From assembly GCF_001194135.2 (NCBI RefSeq), contig NC_068987.1, positions 60,758,940 through 60,814,023 on the forward strand: DNA of 55,084 nt, read 5' to 3'. The stretch comes from Octopus bimaculoides (taxonomy: Eukaryota). The translations under genes were made by a program, and so were the position numbers. Shown here one piece after another: positions 50,231 to 55,084 of the stretch; position 1 is the first letter of the stretch, and the number at the start of each line of letters is the position of its first letter. Under the pieces are notes generated by a model. That model was not told where the DNA came from. It saw only the letters and a list, made by a program, of their open reading frames with translations, and made no database searches.

Positions 50231-51199
50231 ATATTCTCATACATTTATATTTTAACAAATACCATACCTCTAACTTTTTGTTGTAACTGAATTTTAGTCT
50301 TTAAATTCATGTGATGTCACAGTGTTTACATTTGCCAGTATCAAACATTTACAGATATCGTAATTATTTTCATTTCTAATAATTGTAATCAATAAAATAA
50401 ACTTTTTATTGCTTGTTTTGTTTTAATTAATTAAAATTTGCTGTGAATGGGGAAAATCCTTAGTTGTTGTAGGTCATATCTCACATGACTAATTAATTAA
50501 GTTATCTTAATGAAATAGAAATATTTCACTATAATGAAGCTTTAAATATGATCTTTTAAGAACATTTATGCAATAGGAAAGCTGATTTCCTATAACTATC
50601 TTTTCAGTTTTGCTCTCAGAGCTTAGTTATAGAAATATATGTGAAAATGATATGGAAAACATCCTATTTAATATTTCAACAATGTATGCAAACGTGTGAG
50701 TTTGTCAACCCACACAACCTACCACTGGCAATCAGAAAACAAAAGCTTTTGAGAAAGCAAACGTTTGAACATAGAATAAATAAACTAATATTTTTATCAT
50801 ATAAACTAAAAATTATTTTTCTCTTTTGCTGTTAAAAGTTTGTAAACTCAAAGATTAATGTACAAAGCTGCAATTATACATGTCAGAGATTCAAACTTTG
50901 ATCAAATGCTTCTTTTTTTTTTATATATATATAGAAATTCTTACATAGAGCTTAAACTCTCTTATTTTTTCCTTAAAGAAAAATGTTTGATATGATTAAG
51001 TTAATAGAGTACCAGAACTTCAGACTCTTCACTAAGAGTGGACTGTCCCCAGGACATTTTGTTCTCAACAACTATGTCCACTTCATATACATACTACTAC
51101 AGGTGGTATATTTAATCATTGTAAGCATGAGTGACACAATAGAATTGGTGAGCATTTGTTGGTTTACAGATATAATTTCAGTTTCTCATGGGTAATTAT

Positions 51200-52763
51200 C
51201 TGCAGTAAACTACCATCTTGTCAGAGATGAGGATGTATTCTATCGTAACTACCTCGCTGGTAAGAGGGGAAGTGGCAAAGAAATCCACTGGTTCATTCAC
51301 TTGTCTGTGTTCCAACGGGGTGGTGAAGACACTTGAACTGGTCATTCAGTACCTCACTGATTCAAGTTGGGCTGTCTGTGAGAGAGCCATCATTTTCGAA
51401 GAGGGGTCCTATCTTGCAGCATACTGAGGCGGTTTCTTTTGTGTAATGAAATAAGGCCTTTGGATTTGACTTAATGTTTTTTATAACCCAGGCTTCTTTG
51501 TCTGCTCTCTCCCTCACATCGGATTGTAGCAGCCTTTTTTGAAATCTCCATCAGTATTGTTTTTAGGCGGGACCTTTTGCTACTTTTGGGATGCTGGTTG
51601 AGTTAATTTGCAACCTTCGTCCATCGTCTCATGAGGATCTTCCTCTCCCTTGGAATCTTGTCCCTATTTGTTTTGGCTTTGTGCTCTGGGTCATATTTCT
51701 GGCATATGGCTTGCACAATAGACATGAAACATTCTAGTTTCAAGCCAGTGTCTGGTGTGGAGAGACATTTTGGCCAGTCCTCTCTGAGGATCTCTTTCTG
51801 GATCGATTTCCATTCTGCTTTGTGGAAGTTCAGATTGGAGAGATTTAGGGTGCTTCCTCTAGGCTGTATGTCTCTGGTTACTTTCGGCCCAAACATAGAC
51901 AACTCTATTATGTTGTGATCCGAGACTAATGTTGACGTCACTTTCACATCATGAATGATGTCCATGTTATTTGTGAAGCAGAAATCCAGAATGTTATTCG
52001 CTCTAGTTGGTCTGAGAACAGCTTGCTCCAAGAATAGGGCATTGGTGAGGTTGAGCAGGGCCTCCACCTGTGCTTGCTTGCGGTGAGTCAATCCTGAGAG
52101 TATGAGAACTTCGAGCCATTTGATGTTGGGGAAGTTGAAATCACCCATAAGAAATATGGTCACGTGATGTTCCAGTTTCATGAGAATTTCTTTAATTCTT
52201 GTGAGGCAATCTTCAAACTTGCCTATGTGGTTTGGAGCATTCGGTGGGCAATATGTATTACATATGACTATATTATGTTGTCTTATGTATACAATTAGAG
52301 TGTCACATAACGAATTTGAGTATGACAGTAAGATCTGGGGTGTGAGGTTGTCACGGATGTATACAGCAGCTCCACCATGGCTCCTTTCCCTTCTGTCTAT
52401 TTGCAGTATGGCATATTTTGGTACGTGTTCTTCTGCATCCTCTATATCAGGGCTGAGGTGAGTTTCCACGAGTGTTAAGCATAGGGCTTGATTGCATGCA
52501 GCAAGGTCTCTCAGGAAAGAAATTTTGCTTTTATTATAATGCAACAGGCCCCCAATATTTAATAAAAAATATTGGCGTGACGACTGTGCAGGTGTTAGGG
52601 GAGGGCATCCCATGTCTGTTGACTGTAGTGGGCGCAGAGGTGGGCAAGATTCCTTGTTTGGGCTTGGTGTAGCCAGGTCAGCTGCTGCACAATCTTTTGC
52701 GCCATGTATAAAAAAGACTCTTGCTCAGCTGCTGTGTTGTGCATAATCTCTGAAGAGCGCACT
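51200..52763 (-). mobile_element. CR1-clade LINE fragment with APE endonuclease ORF (51603-52613) and linker; runs into an N gap
   Basis: APE motifs NIGGL, ETHL, HGGAAVYIR, MGDFNFPNIKW, PTRANNILDFCFTNN and SDHNII. After the stop at 51603 the frame-shifted CR1 linker IKNIKSNPKALFHY...KIGPL continues. Confidence 0.92.
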
Positions 52764-53522
52764 NNNNNNNNNNNNNNNNNNNNNNNNNNNNNNNNNNNNN
52801 NNNNNNNNNNNNNNNNNNNNNNNNNNNNNNNNNNNNNNNNNNNNNNNNNNNNNNNNNNNNNNNNNNNNNNNNNNNNNNNNNNNNNNNNNNNNNNNNNNNN
52901 NNNNNNNNNNNNNNNNNNNNNNNNNNNNNNNNNNNNNNNNNNNNNNNNNNNNNNNNNNNNNNNNNNNNNNNNNNNNNNNNNNNNNNNNNNNNNNNNNNNN
53001 NNNNNNNNNNNNNNNNNNNNNNNNNNNNNNNNNNNNNNNNNNNNNNNNNNNNNNNNNNNNNNNNNNNNNNNNNNNNNNNNNNNNNNNNNNNNNNNNNNNN
53101 NNNNNNNNNNNNNNNNNNNNNNNNNNNNNNNNNNNNNNNNNNNNNNNNNNNNNNNNNNNNNNNNNNNNNNNNNNNNNNNNNNNNNNNNNNNNNNNNNNNN
53201 NNNNNNNNNNNNNNNNNNNNNNNNNNNNNNNNNNNNNNNNNNNNNNNNNNNNNNNNNNNNNNNNNNNNNNNNNNNNNNNNNNNNNNNNNNNNNNNNNNNN
53301 NNNNNNNNNNNNNNNNNNNNNNNNNNNNNNNNNNNNNNNNNNNNNNNNNNNNNNNNNNNNNNNNNNNNNNNNNNNNNNNNNNNNNNNNNNNNNNNNNNNN
53401 NNNNNNNNNNNNNNNNNNNNNNNNNNNNNNNNNNNNNNNNNNNNNNNNNNNNNNNNNNNNNNNNNNNNNNNNNNNNNNNNNNNNNNNNNNNNNNNNNNNN
53501 NNNNNNNNNNNNNNNNNNNNNN

Positions 53523-53565
<43 letters not shown>

Positions 53566-53590
53566 ATATTTATATATTTATATTATATAT

Positions 53591-54353
53591 CATCGTTTAA
53601 CATCTGCTTTCCATGCTAGTATGGAAAGCGGACGATTTGACTGATACTAGCGAACCAGATGGCTGCACCAGGCTCCAATCTGATCTGGCAGCGTTTCTAC
53701 AGTTGGATGCGCTTCCTAACGCCAACCACTCCGAGAGTGTAGTGGGTGTTTTTACGTGCCACCGGCACAAGAGCCTGTCAGGCGGTACTAGCAACGGCCA
53801 CACTCAAATGCTGTTTTTTACGTGCTACCTCCACAAGAGCCAGTCCAGTAGCACTTGCTACGACCTCGCTCGAATGTTTTCTCACTAACCATTCATCTAT
53901 CCCTAGTTTCTTCATTGACCACCAGATAAGGGATTGGAGGACCCTGTCAAAGGCTTTCTCCATGTCAACGAACGCCAGGTACTAGTTTTATCTTTGGCTA
54001 GGTATTTCTCCTGCAGCTGTCTTACCAGAAATGTAGCATCAGTGGTGCTTTTCCCTCGCATGAACCCAAACTGCATCTCATCTCAACTGACTCTTTCCCT
54101 AATTAGTTGGGCTATGACCCTCTCCATGACTTTCATTACCTGATCCAACAACTTGATACCTCTGTAATTATTTGTATCTAAAGCGTCAATTTCAACTTTG
54201 TAGCAGTTGACTATGGTGCTGCTACACCAGTCATTGGGTATGACTCTTTCGTGTATCTCCTGGTTAACTATACAGGTCACTAAGCTATAGCTGACACCGC
54301 CAGATATTTTGAGCATCTCTGCAGTGATTCTTGATGGGCCTGGGGCTTTCCCT
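53591..54353 (-). mobile_element. Internally deleted RTE LINE: RT N-terminal half fused to the family C tail
   Basis: GKAPGPSRITAEMLK...NNYRGIKLLDQVMKVMERVI...QFGFMRGKSTTDATFLVRQLQEK...AFVDMEKAFDRV, then a jump at about 53875 to the 3' tail. Confidence 0.92.
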
Positions 54354-54825
54354 GTATTATATATATCCTTTGTTAATACATGTTTGTTTATTTTTGTTTT
54401 TATTTATTTATTTGTTCATGTGTTTATACCTACTTTTTTTTGTTTTTTTTTTATTTAATTTAATTCTGTTAACATATGTAGTATTTAATTCCATTTGTTT
54501 ATCTATGTATTGTATTATATTTTGTTCATATTGTTATCAGTTTATAGGGAATTTATTGTCATATGTTGTGGTTTGTTGGGAGTGTGTGTTAGTGTTCCAT
54601 TCCAGTTTCCTATTCAGGAATAAATAAAATAAATAAAAACAAAAATAAACGAACATGTATTAACAGAGTATATAGATAATACAGGCACTCCCCATACACA
54701 CACATGCACTTACAAAACATAGACACACATAGAGGGATACGCATGCTTAGACACATACAATAGGAATACAGAATGGCTAATCGTTAGCAAGGAGGGGCAC
54801 ACATAAGAAAGAAGAAAGCAAAGAA

Positions 54826-54865
54826 CCACTGATGAGGTCACAGAAGTGTGACGAAAGAACTCTGG
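54826..54865 (+). ncRNA. Candidate minimal type I hammerhead ribozyme (Penelope-type)
   Basis: CCA-CTGATGA-G-GTCACA-GAAG-TGTGAC-GAAA-GAAC-TC-TGG: intact core, perfect 6-bp stem II, 3-bp stem I, UC cleavage site at 54861-54862. Confidence 0.55.
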
Positions 54866-55084
54866 CCAAAATAGGATTAATGTAATGTAATATAAAGCTG
54901 AAGCAAATTAACACCAAATATACAGTGCGTGTGTTTTTATTGGCTAAACTGGCAATATGACTATCCCCAAATACAACAATATATATATATTTTTTATTTG
55001 TATGTGTGCATATTTATATCACCATTTCTTGGCATGCTATAGTTGTGTTTGTCACCATCAAAGAAGTGTCATTCATTTCCAGTT

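Noticed and set aside
285-50835. Most short ORFs in the supplied track (YIYIYI, CVCVCV, LLLL, MMMM types)
   Set aside because: They are translations of microsatellites, SINEs or antisense LINE frames.
51001-51093. Minus-strand YVYEVDIVVENKMSWGQSTLSEE.. as the end of an FN3 domain
   Set aside because: Only a loose pattern, with a poor acceptor and in-frame stops directly upstream.
51603-52613. Longest ORF (336 aa) as a novel host nuclease gene
   Set aside because: It is a standard CR1 APE domain with a frame-shifted LINE linker continuing past the stop. Nothing in the sequence indicates domestication.
52704-53600. ORFs spanning N runs (also at 10.5-11.0 and 17.3-17.6 kb)
   Set aside because: Artefacts of translating assembly gaps.

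Overview
AT-rich, repeat-dense animal genomic DNA from a gapped scaffold (four N runs). The SINE/LINE/MITE and microsatellite landscape looks like an octopus (coleoid cephalopod) genome; this is recognition from memory, not a database result. The only host gene I can support is a plus-strand, multi-pass membrane protein resembling TP53I11/PIG11. Four phase-compatible coding exons (5132-5231, 11651-11752, 36472-36632, 42108-42137) splice into ALVFPQHLYETAFEAVEGQCLTLPVRFYGAALLSLSWLFWSTLHAIDRDVIKTALITSILYFFAHVLVTSVFMMLSTLANTTSPILLLLSAITIISPSCYFYWAVSKEGRTKEGQGYHRFQPLDMVKKRG*. The N-terminal exons were not found and probably lie upstream of the window. The rest is mostly decayed mobile DNA: RTE, CR1, Tx1/L1, RLE-type and Penelope-like retroelement fragments, at least three tRNA-headed SINE families, hAT (Buster/Charlie) and piggyBac-like MITEs, and fold-back elements. 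I found no unambiguous new protein-coding system. The most interesting signals are: (i) LINE-SINE partnerships readable inside the window, including a CR1/SINE 3' stem-loop with compensatory base changes; (ii) a near-intact minimal hammerhead ribozyme at about 54.83 kb plus several vestiges; (iii) a direct-plus-inverted triplication with junction microhomology; (iv) long intronic hairpins; (v) a C-terminal exon that adds YxxPhi and KKXX sorting motifs to TP53I11. Repeat boundaries were placed by eye and are approximate unless a TIR or TSD is quoted.
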